A DNA stretch of 64,000 bases from an uncultured Acidobacteriota bacterium (GCA_963796275.1 CAWCKY010000006.1:1120001-1184000); one strand, 5' to 3'. Shown: positions 41,355 to 52,995, numbered from the stretch's first letter. The notes: generated from the sequence alone by a model not told the origin. Numbers and translations: made by a program.

Positions 41355-44300
41355 ATGAAGAAGGCACTCGGACGAGGCATATTAATTCTCGTAGCACTGA
41401 TAAGTGTGTCCTGGCAGGCGCTCGCACAGACTACGGGAACGATTTCCGGAAGCGTGGCGGACGAGCGTCAGGCGTTGCTGCCGAACGCGACAGTCGTGGC
41501 GCGTAACGTTGAAACGAACACGAGCCGCAGGGCGACGACTGATGGAGAAGGGCGTTATCGCTTTTCGAACCTCCCGGTCGGGAATTACGAAATCACTGTT
41601 GAGGCGCCCGGCTTCGCTAAATATGTGCGTACCGGTATCACTCTGGCACTCAACCAGAACGCCGTCGTCGATATACCGATGAACCCTTCCGCGGTATCAG
41701 AGATCGTTACGGTGACGGAGAACGCTTCACTGCTCAATACCAGTAATTCCGAGGTTGGGGTGCGTTTCGATTCACGCCGCATCTCGGAATTGCCGCTGGC
41801 TACCAATCGAAATATATTCAACGTCGCGCTCTCTGCGGCCGGGGTGAGCCAATTGGCAAGCGGACAGCAAGATTTTGCCAACGGGTTGAGTTTTTCGTCG
41901 AATGGCGGGCGTGTACGATCGAACAACTTCATGGTCGATGGACAGGATATCAACGATCCGAGTGTTGCTGGGAGCCAACAGCCGTTGAACAATCCTGACA
42001 TCGTGCAGGAGGTACGATTGATTACCAACCAGTTTGCCGCTGAATATGGCCGCAATTCGGGTTCGATAGTCAACATTGTGACCAAGAGTGGAACGAATGA
42101 ATACCACGGCAGTCTTTTCTGGTTTCACAACAACAATCGTTTGAATACCTGTAGCAATCTGGATAAGGCCGGGAGCATGGATAGTGGTTATTGTGATCCA
42201 AATGGGATCGGGGCGCGTCAAGGTTCCCCCTATCGTATTGAAAATCAATTTGGTGGGACCTTAGGCGGCCCGATCAAGCTGCCTGGCTTATACGATGGGA
42301 AAGACAAGACCTGGTTTTTCGGATCGCTTCAACGTTGGTCTGATCGGCAGGCCCTCCCGGGCGCCACTCTGAATGGAGCGCCGACTGAGGCAGGGCGTCA
42401 GATTTTACAGGCGGCGGCAGGCGATCGCCCGCAGGTTGCCGCGTTATTGAGGTTCCTTCCTCCTGCGCAAAGCCCAAACGGCAATTCCAGGCCCTTTACG
42501 ATTGGTGGCCAAACCTACTCTGTTCCGCTAGGTGACCTTACTGGCTCGACAGCATTCAAGTTCGATGATTGGCAATGGTCAGGACGCGTTGACCACCAGT
42601 TCAATTCAAATCATCGTCTCGGCGGCCGTTATCTATATGATGATGCTTTGACTTTGGGTGAGGGACAGGTCACCCCTCCAGGCTTGACGACGATAGTGCC
42701 GGCACGTTCACAAGCGGCCAGTGTTTCATTGTCGAGCATTATCGGCAGCCGTCTGGTCAATGACGTGCGGTTATCATGGTCTCGTTTCGGTTCGCGATCG
42801 ACAGCGAGCGATCTTTCATCGCAAGCAATTCCATCGATCGAGATTACCGATCTCGGTCTGACGGGATTCAATGCTGCGGACAGTAGAACAGCAATCGGAT
42901 TGGCAGTTAACCTTCCGCAATTCCGTTTCAACAACACCTATCAAATTCAGGACACTTTGGCCTGGACAAGGGACTCGCACAACCTGAAGTTTGGTGTGAG
43001 TCTGCAGCGAACACAGGTGAGGAGCTTCTTCTTCCCTACGATTCGAGGCCTGTTGCGGTATGACAAGCTTCAGAATTACATTGATGATGTGGCAAACGCG
43101 GCGAATATCAACAAATCATTGCCGGGCGGTTCAGAGGTCCAATACTACAACTATTACGATCACTCATTCTTCGCGCAGGATGAATGGAAGGTTACACCGA
43201 ACTTCACGCTCAACTTCGGATTGCGTTATGAGCTGCCGAATAACTCGGTGGCGAATCTGGTTCCATTCAATGACCAGATCGTTGCGGCGGCCGGTGGTGA
43301 CGAACGATATCGCTTTACGCCCGTGCCGCAAAAGGACACGAACAACTTCCAGCCGCGGTTCGGCTTCAATTGGCGTGTTCTAGGGTTAGGATTCCTGAGC
43401 GGAAAAGAAGGGTTGGTGTTACGCGGCGGTTATGCGCGCACGAATGATTCTTCGTTCATCAACATCAATCTGAATGTTGCCAGCGCATTCCCGTACGTTG
43501 CGGCGATCAGTTTGCAGGCCAATGACCTTCAGGCTGATGGAACACGGAAGATCAATAACGCCTTCACGCGGTTGCCGGGGGCACAGTCTTTCCAAGACCC
43601 TCTGCAATTCACACGCACTATTGTAGGCGATGATTTTCGCTCGCCAAACTACGATCAATTCAGCCTGGAGTTGCAACGAGAATTTGGGCGCGACGTTGTC
43701 ATGCGTGTCGGTTATGTAGGTACCAGAGGCACCGGACTCTTCCAGACTCTGGATGGAAATCCTCGCATCCCCAGTGTCTGTAACCCGACGACGACCTTTA
43801 ATTGCAGAGTCGATCCGGCTCGCGGGGTGATCCGCTTACGCGCCAATGCGGCTTCTTCGATCTATCACTCGTTGCAAGTAAGTATGGACAAGCGCCTGAG
43901 CAGAGGTTTCAGCGCCGGCGTTCATTACACATGGAGCGCGTTCATCGATACCGCATCCGAGGTCTTCAACCCATCGAGCGGTGAAGTTGCCGTTGCGCAG
44001 GATTCATTCAACCTTAGTGCGGACCGTGCTCGTTCGGCATATGACCGTCCACACCGATTTACCGGAAATGTAGTTTATGAATTGCCTTTCTTTCGTGACC
44101 AGAAAGGTACGACAGGCCACTTTTTGGGTGGTTGGCAGTTGAATTCATTCTTCACTATTCAAAGCGGTGCACCGTATACAGTACTCAATGGAGCCGACCC
44201 TGGAAACGCTCTGAGCGGCATAGATAGTCTGGTAGGTATGGCGATCCGTCCTAACCTCAATTCATCACTCGATATCTCGTCAATGACTATTTTGGAATTG

Positions 44301-44597
44301 ATGCAGGCGGGCGGCAAGAACTTATTCCAAGAGTTGCAAACCGGTCAGAGACTTGGTAATGCTGGCCGCAATATTTTGCGGGCCGATGGGATTTTTGATC
44401 TGGGCTTCGGTTTCCTCAAGAACACTCGTCTCGCCGAGGGCCAACAGCTACAGTTCCGCGCCGATATGTTCAATGCGACGAACACTCGCAACTTCGGCAT
44501 TCCTGAAGGCCGAGTCGGCGCGCCAGGGTTCCTCAATCAATGGTCGACTGACGGCGGAAAGCGGCGCATCATTCTCGGCTTGAGATACACGTTCTAA
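41355..44597 (+). CDS. TonB-dependent receptor (Oar type)
   Basis: GAGGAGG RBS; AQTTGTISGSV; NNFMVDGQDIND; FAAEYGRNSG; AQDEWKVTPNFTLNFGLRYE; C-terminal LGLRYTF. Confidence 0.92.
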   Translation: MKKALGRGILILVALISVSWQALAQTTGTISGSVADERQALLPNATVVARNVETNTSRRATTDGEGRYRFSNLPVGNYEITVEAPGFAKYVRTGITLALNQNAVVDIPMNPSAVSEIVTVTENASLLNTSNSEVGVRFDSRRISELPLATNRNIFNVALSAAGVSQLASGQQDFANGLSFSSNGGRVRSNNFMVDGQDINDPSVAGSQQPLNNPDIVQEVRLITNQFAAEYGRNSGSIVNIVTKSGTNEYHGSLFWFHNNNRLNTCSNLDKAGSMDSGYCDPNGIGARQGSPYRIENQFGGTLGGPIKLPGLYDGKDKTWFFGSLQRWSDRQALPGATLNGAPTEAGRQILQAAAGDRPQVAALLRFLPPAQSPNGNSRPFTIGGQTYSVPLGDLTGSTAFKFDDWQWSGRVDHQFNSNHRLGGRYLYDDALTLGEGQVTPPGLTTIVPARSQAASVSLSSIIGSRLVNDVRLSWSRFGSRSTASDLSSQAIPSIEITDLGLTGFNAADSRTAIGLAVNLPQFRFNNTYQIQDTLAWTRDSHNLKFGVSLQRTQVRSFFFPTIRGLLRYDKLQNYIDDVANAANINKSLPGGSEVQYYNYYDHSFFAQDEWKVTPNFTLNFGLRYELPNNSVANLVPFNDQIVAAAGGDERYRFTPVPQKDTNNFQPRFGFNWRVLGLGFLSGKEGLVLRGGYARTNDSSFININLNVASAFPYVAAISLQANDLQADGTRKINNAFTRLPGAQSFQDPLQFTRTIVGDDFRSPNYDQFSLELQREFGRDVVMRVGYVGTRGTGLFQTLDGNPRIPSVCNPTTTFNCRVDPARGVIRLRANAASSIYHSLQVSMDKRLSRGFSAGVHYTWSAFIDTASEVFNPSSGEVAVAQDSFNLSADRARSAYDRPHRFTGNVVYELPFFRDQKGTTGHFLGGWQLNSFFTIQSGAPYTVLNGADPGNALSGIDSLVGMAIRPNLNSSLDISSMTILELMQAGGKNLFQELQTGQRLGNAGRNILRADGIFDLGFGFLKNTRLAEGQQLQFRADMFNATNTRNFGIPEGRVGAPGFLNQWSTDGGKRRIILGLRYTF

Positions 44598-44632
44598 AGT
44601 CGGGGAATTCACCGCAATCGTCGCAAAAAACA

Positions 44633-44674
44633 AAAGGCACAAAAGATTCGCTTTCTTTTGTGCCTTTGCCTTTT
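44633..44674. terminator. Probable bidirectional terminator hairpin
   Basis: AAAGGCACAAAAGA / TCTTTTGTGCCTTT 14-bp stem between convergent genes. Confidence 0.65.
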
Positions 44675-44694
44675 ACAGTTTCTAACGGTTCACT

Positions 44695-45834
44695 TTAACG
44701 GCTCGTGCCGCTCTTCAGCGCCGCCTGCTTCGATTTAATGCTGGCCAACAGGCTCTCATACGAATCGGCAAAAGCCTTGACGCCATCATCCTGCAACTGC
44801 TGGCAGACCTGTTGAAGATCGATTCCAGCCTCGGCGACCCTCGCGAGCGTCTCTTTCGCCTCGGCCAGATTCCTTTCCAGACTGAGGCTGACCTTGCCGT
44901 GATCACGGAAAGGTTCGAATGTCTGGGGCGGAAGCGTGTTGACCGTGTCCGGCCCGATGAGCGCTTCTACGTACATCACATCCGGATAATTGGGATTCTT
45001 GGTGCTAGTGCTCGCCCACAGAGGGCGTTGTACACGCGCACCCTGCTTCTTGAGCTTGGTGAATCGCTCGTTCGCGAATATCTCCTTGAATTTCTGGTAT
45101 TGGAGTTTCGAACACGCGATCGCGACATTGCCGAGCAGCGCGGATAACCGGGATTTCTCGGCGTCATCTTTCGTGCTGTCGATCCGTGCTTCCAGTTGTT
45201 TATCGATAGCCGTATCGATGCGGCTGACGAAGACGCTGGCGACCGATGCGACGTGATCGAGCGGTAACCCGGCGGCCGCTCTCTCTTCGAGCCCCGAGAT
45301 GTAGGCGTTGGCCACCTGTTCGTAGTTGGCGAGCGCGAAGATCATCGTCACGTTGATGTTGATACCCGCGGCTATCGACCGCTGGATAGCCGGGATTCCC
45401 GCCGGAGTAGCCGGAATCTTGATCATCGCATTCGGCCGATTGAGCGCAGCCCATAACCGCCGAGCCTCGGCGACAGTCGCCTCGGTGTCGTGCGCCAACA
45501 ACGGCGAAACTTCCAGGCTGACATAACCGTCAAACCTGTTCGTTCGCTCATAGACCGGTTTGAAAATATCGGTCGCACGCCGAATATCATCGGTGGCGAG
45601 CGCTTCATATATTTCAATGACGCTCCTTCCATCCGTTATCAGCTTCTGCATCGCATCGTTGTAATCGGAACTTCCCGTGATCGCCTTCTCGAAGATCGTC
45701 GGATTGGATGTCACGCCGCGAAGGCCGTCCTCAGAGATCATTCGAGCAAGATCGCCGTTCTCAAGTATCGCGCGACGAATGTTGTCGTACCAGATACTTT
45801 GTCCCAACTTTTGTAATTCGATTAGTGGATTCAT
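44695..45834 (-). CDS. tal: Transaldolase (type 2)
   Basis: QSIWYDNI, GVTSNPTIF, MIKIPAT, SVFVSRID, RPLWASTSTKNP. Confidence 0.95.
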   Translation of the reverse strand: MNPLIELQKLGQSIWYDNIRRAILENGDLARMISEDGLRGVTSNPTIFEKAITGSSDYNDAMQKLITDGRSVIEIYEALATDDIRRATDIFKPVYERTNRFDGYVSLEVSPLLAHDTEATVAEARRLWAALNRPNAMIKIPATPAGIPAIQRSIAAGININVTMIFALANYEQVANAYISGLEERAAAGLPLDHVASVASVFVSRIDTAIDKQLEARIDSTKDDAEKSRLSALLGNVAIACSKLQYQKFKEIFANERFTKLKKQGARVQRPLWASTSTKNPNYPDVMYVEALIGPDTVNTLPPQTFEPFRDHGKVSLSLERNLAEAKETLARVAEAGIDLQQVCQQLQDDGVKAFADSYESLLASIKSKQAALKSGTSR

Positions 45835-46023
45835 AATCCTCCTTCATCATTTAAGGGCAACATTATTAATTATGGAAACAAAAAAGACAAAAAAGGCAAA
45901 AGCGTTTGAATTCCAGGCTTTTGCCTCTTTGCACCCGGTTGCCTCTTTTTGTCTTTAGTGTCGATACTTTGCATTCCAATCGAAAGAAATTTCGGTAATG
46001 ATCCCGTTCGCATTACATTAAGG

Positions 46024-47563
46024 CTAAATCACATCTGCTCCATTCGCAATCAATAAATCATAAAATTTCTCTTGCCGAATTCGGCCGCGCAGATAGAGTT
46101 CGCGCTTTCCTGCGTTCGGTTCGAACACTTCGCCCAGCGGTGTGGAGGTGGGGTCAAATCCCGCGATCATTCCGAACGCTTTGAGAGCCAGCATCGCTGC
46201 TCCGCGGCTCGACGCTTCCTGAACCGCAGAGGCCGCAACCGGCACGCCGATGACATCTGCCATCATCTGCGTCCAAACCTGCGAATGCAGAATGGCGCCG
46301 CCCGAGGCGATGATCCTGGCATTGCCGGGCAATTCCGCAGTCAAACGTTCGTATATCGCAGCAAAACGATAACAGACCGATTCGAGAGAAGCCTGCAATA
46401 TATCGATCGGTCGCGTGCTCAGGTTCATCCCGACGATCGCGGCGCGCGCTGAATCATTCCAGCCCGTGCTGCGTTCGCCCGAGAAGAATGGGAGGACGGT
46501 CAATCCGTGGCCGTCCGGTTCCATCGCACCGATCTGCTCCTCTAACGCCTCCTCATCCGCCGCCGTCAGTTGGCCGAGACGTAAAGTCCTCGTGCACCAG
46601 GCATAGACATCGCCGCCGTTCGAGAGAGCACCCCCAATCAATGCATAGCGATGATTTGCGCGATAGCACCACAGGCCTTTCGGGAATCTGTACTTGCTCC
46701 GCGGGCCAGCACACGCGCATCGCGCCCGATGTGCCGACGTTGATCGCTATCGAATCACGTGTGAAGCACCCCGAACCGATGTTGCTGCAAGCTCCGTCGC
46801 CGGCAGCCGGAAGCCATTTCGCTTCGCTCAGCGCCGGCCATCGCCCGCTGAACTCCCGCCTCATTCTGCTCAGCCCTTCATTCTCTTGAGCCAGCGGTGA
46901 TAGATGGTCCGAAGAGATCTTTATCGCCGAAAGCATCTCATCGTCCCAGCGGTTCAGATTGGGATTGAACAATCCGGTCCCTGATGCCATCGAGACGCCA
47001 CACAAATACCGGCCGAACACTTTGAAATATAGGTATTCTCCGATCGACACCCATCGCGCGACACCGGCGGCCAACTTCGGGTCGGTCCGGCGCAGCCAGA
47101 GTATCTTTGCCGGATAATAGCTCGCGTGCGGCACGACGCCGGTGCGCGCGTGCACCCAATCGACGCCGAATAGCTCGGCGAGATTCCTGGCGTCGGCGGC
47201 GCTCCGCGTATCGCTCCAGTTGTAGAGCGGCGTTATCGCGTTATTCTCGCGATCGACGCCGAGCATCGCGTGCCAGAAGTTGCTGTACCCGACGCCTCCG
47301 ATAGCCTGGTTGACATCAGGGAGCAATGCCGTTGCCTGGGTCAGACATTCGTCGATGGTGGCGCAGATGATCTCGACCAACCTGTCTGCATTTATCTCGA
47401 CGCCGCCATCCGATGTGACCGACATCTGGTATTGCGTTCGGCCTTCGATCCCCTCGAGCGCTTCTCCGCGCGAATCGTAGAGTACTGCGCGTACCGATGA
47501 AGTCCCGACATCGAGCGCGAGGACAAGTGGACGCAAAGCGTTTACTGGAGTGGTGGTGGACAT
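46024..47563 (-). pseudogene. gntK: FGGY-family gluconokinase with one-base insertion at about 46678-46684; probably a sequencing error
   Basis: LALDVGTSSVRA, GDGACSNIGSG, LPFFSGERSTGWN; removing one base from CCCGAAA restores QIPxGLWCYR. Confidence 0.75.
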
Positions 47564-47853
47564 TGCGAATTTTATTCAACCGATTATTGATGTGCGCTTT
47601 TCTCCATCATATCCTTTGAAAAGCCGAAGTAAAAGAAAAACATTTGTTATTATTTTTCTAAGGTATTAGCATGCTCCCCGTCCAGAATAGGTACCAGAGC
47701 AAACAGCCGATTGAATTAGCGTTCTATTCATCGGCGATAACGCAAAAAAAAGAACCGATAGACAAGATATACAGGATTCGTAGGATGTATCGTCAGCAAT
47801 CCTTTCTCCTGATAATTCCTGTCAGTCTCGTCTAATTCCATCGGGAGGTCAGA

Positions 47854-48477
47854 ATGAGCCATAAACTGAAACTCTTCCTCGCTCTATGGGTTTTTTTACT
47901 GTTAGTGAGTGCCATTGTTGCAGGGCAATCCGGACGGAGGCAAAAGTCGGGGAAACAACCTCCGGTACAGGGCGTCAATCAGCCGGAGGCGCGTGTCGAG
48001 CCGGCGCCACAGGGGCCGCCGGAAAGACCGCCGAGCAAGGAGCCCGACCGCGTGATTATGGTCGCGAGCGCTATGCCGGATATGATGATGCCCATCTTTT
48101 ATGCCGACATCGCCCGCCAGGGATGCCTCAAAGAACTCCGCGCCGCTTTGAAATCTATTGATCTCCGCGAAGGAAGCAATCAAACGCGTTCGGATGCAAT
48201 CAAGGCCGCCAAAGATACGGGAGCCTATGTCGTGCACATGGAGATCGAACCGGATCAACTTGGCGGTTCGTCAACCAATGTCGGGGTTCGTTATACAATC
48301 TTCGAGCCTAAAACAGGTAAGGTTGCAGGCTCCGGATCAGGTTATCCCTCTCAACCATCGGGCGGCCTCCCAATACCACCGCCGGTTGGATCTCGTGAAC
48401 AGGTTTATCTCGAATGGATGGGGCGCGACGTCGCGCGGCAGGTGATGAAACGATTGAACCTTGTTCCCATAATTTAA
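47854..48477 (+). CDS. Secreted hypothetical protein
   Basis: GGAGG RBS, signal peptide ending AIVAG-QSGR, Pro-rich linker. Confidence 0.7.
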   Translation: MSHKLKLFLALWVFLLLVSAIVAGQSGRRQKSGKQPPVQGVNQPEARVEPAPQGPPERPPSKEPDRVIMVASAMPDMMMPIFYADIARQGCLKELRAALKSIDLREGSNQTRSDAIKAAKDTGAYVVHMEIEPDQLGGSSTNVGVRYTIFEPKTGKVAGSGSGYPSQPSGGLPIPPPVGSREQVYLEWMGRDVARQVMKRLNLVPII

Positions 48478-48492
48478 GAGTACCGAGTCGCC

Positions 48493-50943
48493 TTGTTCTC
48501 ACAAACTATCTCCCATTACCGCATTCTGAATCAGCTCGGCACGAGCCTCACTGGCGATGTATATCTGGCTGAAGACACGCACATCGGTCGGAGGGTCGCC
48601 ATTACGCTCCTGCCCAAATGGTGTGATATCGATCGCATGCAGAGTCTCTCGCGGGAGTGCCACACCATATCCTCGCTCAATCATCCGAACATCCGGACGG
48701 TCTATGAAGTCGGCCACGACAGATCGCAATATTTCATCGCCACCGAGTTTATTGAAGGACCGACGATGCGCGATTATCTCGGTTACACGCGTTTGCAACT
48801 CGATGAAGCGATCGATCTGGCGTTACAGATTCTGGCGGGACTTGATGCCGCGCACGCGGCGGGCGTATTACACCGGGATCTCAGGCCGGAGAATATTGTG
48901 CTCAGCTCCGATCGGATCGTGAAAGTCTGCGATTTCGGCCTCGCAAAACTCTCCGAGGAGGGTACGCGGACGGCCGAATCGGCAGATGTATCCGATATCA
49001 CCGAAGAGTTGAAATATGATGAAGCGCAGCCGATTGCCCATTACTCGGCAGATATTGAGGCCGAATTCGATCCCTATAAAACCCAACCAATGCCAAAACC
49101 CGTCACACATTCGTTTAATCTGCCAACTGTCGATCAGTTGCGCGGATTATCCACAGGTTTGTGGTGGAAAGCGACTATCGGTTACCTAGCACCCGAACAG
49201 ATACGAGGCGAAGTTGTAGACGAACGCAGCGACGTCTTCAGTTTCGGCGTTGTGTTTTATGAGATGTGTGCCGGGCGGCTGCCGTTTGAAGGCGGCGGTG
49301 TGGCGGATGTCCTGGACTCGATATTGCAGAGCGAGCCGCCGCCGGTCCGGCATTTTATGCCTGAAGCGCCGGAGGAACTGGAACGAATCATCGAAAAAGC
49401 GCTCGCAAAAAAACGCGACGATCGTTACCAGCGGGCGTCCGACTGGCTGAACGATCTGCGGAGCCTGAAACACCGCTTGGAATTCGAAGCGAAGCGCCAG
49501 CTTAGAGCAATTCGCGAAGCGGGAGAACGCCGTGTCATTTCAAGACCGGGGTTGACGAGAAGCCGGAGCGAGGTGGTTGATTCAATCGCCGTTCTGCCTA
49601 TCTCGAATGCCGGTAATGACCGGGAGGCGGAATATCTTTGCGACGGGATCACCGAGGGGATCATCAATACGCTCTCGCGCCTGCCCGGTTTACGGGTGAT
49701 GGCGCGCAGCACGGTTTTTCGTTACAAAGGACGCGATGTCTATCCGCAGGATGTCGGCCGCGAACTGAGTGTCCGCGCTATCTTCATCGGACGACTGCTG
49801 CGGCGCGGGGAAAATATCGTCATCAAGACGGAATTGGTCGATGCGAGCGATGGCGCGCTTCTATTGGCCGAGCAGTATCAGAGAAAATCGGGCGACATCT
49901 TTGAACTTGAGGCCGATATTTCAAAACAGATATCTGACCACCTGCGGATCAAGATCGCCGGCGCGCAGCTGCGATCCGGGGGCCAAACGATCAACCCCGA
50001 GGCGTACGACCTCTACCTGAAGGGCCGGTTCTTCTGGAACCAGCGCAGCCCGGCGGCAATGAAGAAGGGCATAGAATATTTCGTTCAAGCGATCAAAAAA
50101 GACGCGAATTATGCCCAGGCTCACTCGGGTTTGGCCGACTGTTATACGTTGTTGAGCTGGTCGAGCGTGCCCCCCCGGCAATTCGTTCCGAAGGCTCGGA
50201 TGTCGGTGACGAAAGCCCTGGAGATTGACGATCAGCTTGCCGAAGCCCGCGCGTCATTGGGCTTCATCAGGCTCTGGTACGACTGGGATATCATCAGCGC
50301 CGAGCAGGAATTTCTGCAGGCCATCGAGCTCAATCCGAACTACCCGACGGCGCACCACTGGTACTCATTCTGTCTTTTCGCGATGGAGAGATATGAGGAG
50401 GCTATGGAGCGCATCCGGTACGCTCTGGAAATAGACCCGCTATCATTGATCATCAACGCGGACATCGGCGAACAACTCTACCGCCGGCGCCGCTATGACG
50501 AAGCGCTCGAGCAATTTCAACAGTCGCTCGAATTGGATCCGTCCTTCGATATCGCGAAGTACTGGATGCTGAGGACATGGTTGGAAGTCGGGAGAGTCTC
50601 GGAGACGATCCCGGAACTGGAGGCGGTACCTGCTGAAGATGGCCAGTATGGTTATACCGCGCTCCTAGCTATCGCCTATTCCCGGGCGGGAAGGAGCGAG
50701 GATGCGCGCAACATCCTCAATGAGTTGCAGGCGGTTGCAGATACCCGTTACGTTCCGCCCTATTATCTGGCGATGATCGCGGCGAGCGTGGGGGAGATTG
50801 ATCAGGCATTCTCATGGCTCGATAATGCATATCAGGAGCGAAGCGGATGGATCCCCTGGCTCAAGCAGGACCCGCTCGCTGACGGATTGCGTGCAGATGC
50901 ACGGTTCGAAGATTTACTGCGGAAAGTCGGATTGAAATTTTGA
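48493..50943 (+). CDS. Hanks-type Ser/Thr kinase-like protein with TolB-like and TPR domains (probable pseudokinase)
   Basis: TISHYRIL, LNHPNI, HRDLRPEN, DFGLAK, SDVFSFG; SIAVLP..DGITEGII; TPRs; TTG start. Confidence 0.88.
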   Translation: MFSQTISHYRILNQLGTSLTGDVYLAEDTHIGRRVAITLLPKWCDIDRMQSLSRECHTISSLNHPNIRTVYEVGHDRSQYFIATEFIEGPTMRDYLGYTRLQLDEAIDLALQILAGLDAAHAAGVLHRDLRPENIVLSSDRIVKVCDFGLAKLSEEGTRTAESADVSDITEELKYDEAQPIAHYSADIEAEFDPYKTQPMPKPVTHSFNLPTVDQLRGLSTGLWWKATIGYLAPEQIRGEVVDERSDVFSFGVVFYEMCAGRLPFEGGGVADVLDSILQSEPPPVRHFMPEAPEELERIIEKALAKKRDDRYQRASDWLNDLRSLKHRLEFEAKRQLRAIREAGERRVISRPGLTRSRSEVVDSIAVLPISNAGNDREAEYLCDGITEGIINTLSRLPGLRVMARSTVFRYKGRDVYPQDVGRELSVRAIFIGRLLRRGENIVIKTELVDASDGALLLAEQYQRKSGDIFELEADISKQISDHLRIKIAGAQLRSGGQTINPEAYDLYLKGRFFWNQRSPAAMKKGIEYFVQAIKKDANYAQAHSGLADCYTLLSWSSVPPRQFVPKARMSVTKALEIDDQLAEARASLGFIRLWYDWDIISAEQEFLQAIELNPNYPTAHHWYSFCLFAMERYEEAMERIRYALEIDPLSLIINADIGEQLYRRRRYDEALEQFQQSLELDPSFDIAKYWMLRTWLEVGRVSETIPELEAVPAEDGQYGYTALLAIAYSRAGRSEDARNILNELQAVADTRYVPPYYLAMIAASVGEIDQAFSWLDNAYQERSGWIPWLKQDPLADGLRADARFEDLLRKVGLKF

Positions 50944-51064
50944 TGAGAGATGGAAATTTAGACAGGATTTACCGGGATTTTCAGAAAATCGCTCGGGCAG
51001 TTAAATTCTGAAAAATCCTGTGGATCCTGTTTATTTTCATGCGAATTAAATAGAGAGGTATGTG

Positions 51065-52210
51065 ATGAGCAATCGAGTACGCACGATCGTTGCGGGCGCA
51101 ACCGGATATTCGGGACGCGATCTGATCGGTCTCTTATTGAACCATCCTCATTTCGAACTGGTGGGCGCATACGCATCTGGTGAAGCGGCGCCGCTGGCGG
51201 CGATCCATCCTCAACTGACAGGTCTGACGCAACTCGATTGTCTGCCATACGATCAGGCTGCCATCGCGCGGCTGGAACCCGATCTGATATTCCTCGCGAC
51301 ACCCAACGAGTTCTCACACGAGGTCGTACCCGTGCTCCTGGAAAGCATTTCAGCGGGCGCTGCGAGGACGAAAGAAACAGCTAAGCGAACCGGGGCAACC
51401 AAGCCAACCGGCGCAAAAACCGTGGCAACCGGGGCAACTGGGGCAACTGGGGCAACTGGGGCAACTGGAATCACAGTGGTCGATCTGAGCGGCGCTTTCA
51501 GGCTGTGTGATGCTGCTCTTTATCCCAAGTATTACGGGTTCGAACACAAGCGGCCGGACCTCTTACTGCAGGCAGTATATGGGTTGACTGAATTTGTACG
51601 CGAGCAGCTAAAAAATGCCAGGCTGATCGCCAATCCTGGCTGCTATCCGACGTCGATTCTGATTCCCATGATTCCACTGATTAAGGCGGATCTTGTCGAC
51701 GACCAGCAGCCGGTCATATGCGATTCAAAGTCTGGAGTGACGGGGGCAGGGAAATCGCCCGCCTCGACGACCCATTTTGTCGAAGTGAGCGAAAGCTTCA
51801 GAGCCTACAATGTCTTCAGGCATCGCCACACTCCGGAGATCGCCCAGGTTTTGGGTTTGCACGGCGAATCGCTGATCTTTACGCCGCACCTGCTCCCGAT
51901 CAACAGGGGGATACTCTCGACGATCTATATTCGTTTGAAGAAGGGTGTCTCCCGCCGGGATATTCTGAAAGTCTGGCAAGGCGCATTTGAATCGGACCCG
52001 TATGTGCGGGTCTTTGACGGTCCGCAGCTTCCTGAGATCAAATTCGTCGCCAACACCCCGTTCTGCGACATCGGATGCGCCGTCGATGAGTCGAGCGGGC
52101 AGGCGATTATCGTTTCAGCCATCGACAACCTGCTCAAGGGAGCAGCCAGCCAGGCGCTGCAGAATGCCAACATCGCATTTGGGTTCGATGAAAGAGCAGG
52201 TATGAGATGA
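51065..52210 (+). CDS. argC: N-acetyl-gamma-glutamyl-phosphate reductase
   Basis: [43 protein letters not shown]. Confidence 0.95.
   Translation: MSNRVRTIVAGATGYSGRDLIGLLLNHPHFELVGAYASGEAAPLAAIHPQLTGLTQLDCLPYDQAAIARLEPDLIFLATPNEFSHEVVPVLLESISAGAARTKETAKRTGATKPTGAKTVATGATGATGATGATGITVVDLSGAFRLCDAALYPKYYGFEHKRPDLLLQAVYGLTEFVREQLKNARLIANPGCYPTSILIPMIPLIKADLVDDQQPVICDSKSGVTGAGKSPASTTHFVEVSESFRAYNVFRHRHTPEIAQVLGLHGESLIFTPHLLPINRGILSTIYIRLKKGVSRRDILKVWQGAFESDPYVRVFDGPQLPEIKFVANTPFCDIGCAVDESSGQAIIVSAIDNLLKGAASQALQNANIAFGFDERAGMR
51392..51469 (+). repeat. 9-bp tandem repeat (GGGGCAACT)4 plus degenerate copies inside argC
   Basis: Exact copies 51431-51466; encodes (GAT)n. Confidence 0.92.
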
Positions 52211-52995
52211 GGCGCACGGTCATTAAGCTCGGTGGAAGCGTTTTGAGCGATGCAGCGCTTCGCCGAACACTTATCACACAGATTGGTGAACTCAGTCGAT
52301 CGAATTTCGAATTGATGCTCGTTCACGGAGGTGGCAAACAGATCGCCTCATTGCTCGCTGAACTCGGGATCGAATCGCGCTTTCACGACGGCCTGAGAAT
52401 CACAGATGATGCCACGCGCGATATCGCCCAGATGGTGCTGGCTGGAGGGGTGGGCAAGGGCCTGATAGCCGATCTGGCGAAAGTTGGGATAGCCGCAGTC
52501 AGTATTACCGGCGGAGATGGAATGAGTTTTCTTGCCGAGAAGATGAAGGCCGCAGATGGTACTGACCTGGGGTTCGTCGGCCGCATCGTCAAGACCGACC
52601 CGGCATTGATAGAAGTTATGCTGGCGGCGCGTTTGATGCCTGTAGTCGCGTGTCTGGGTCTCGGAATAGAGGACCGCGAATACTACAACATCAACGGCGA
52701 CCAGATGGCGGCTGCGGTGGCATCTGGGTGCAAGGCCGATACCCTGGTCTTCGTCACCGATGTCGGCGGAGTGAGGGATGAACGAGGCGGACAGATCGCG
52801 CAGCTCGATCGTGCGCGGATCGATCGTCTGCTCGAAAGCGGTGTGGCGAGCGGTGGAATGCGGCCGAAGCTTCGCGCGTGTTGCGAGGCGCTGGAGTCGG
52901 GGATCAAACGGATTTTGATCATAGGCGCGGCGGATGAGAGCTCACTGCTGCGTGCGCTCAAGAGCGGAGAGTCGATCGGGACGCTGATTTCTTAA
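52207..52995 (+). CDS. argB: Acetylglutamate kinase
   Basis: [31 protein letters not shown]; ATGA overlap with argC. Confidence 0.95.
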   Translation: MRRTVIKLGGSVLSDAALRRTLITQIGELSRSNFELMLVHGGGKQIASLLAELGIESRFHDGLRITDDATRDIAQMVLAGGVGKGLIADLAKVGIAAVSITGGDGMSFLAEKMKAADGTDLGFVGRIVKTDPALIEVMLAARLMPVVACLGLGIEDREYYNINGDQMAAAVASGCKADTLVFVTDVGGVRDERGGQIAQLDRARIDRLLESGVASGGMRPKLRACCEALESGIKRILIIGAADESSLLRALKSGESIGTLIS

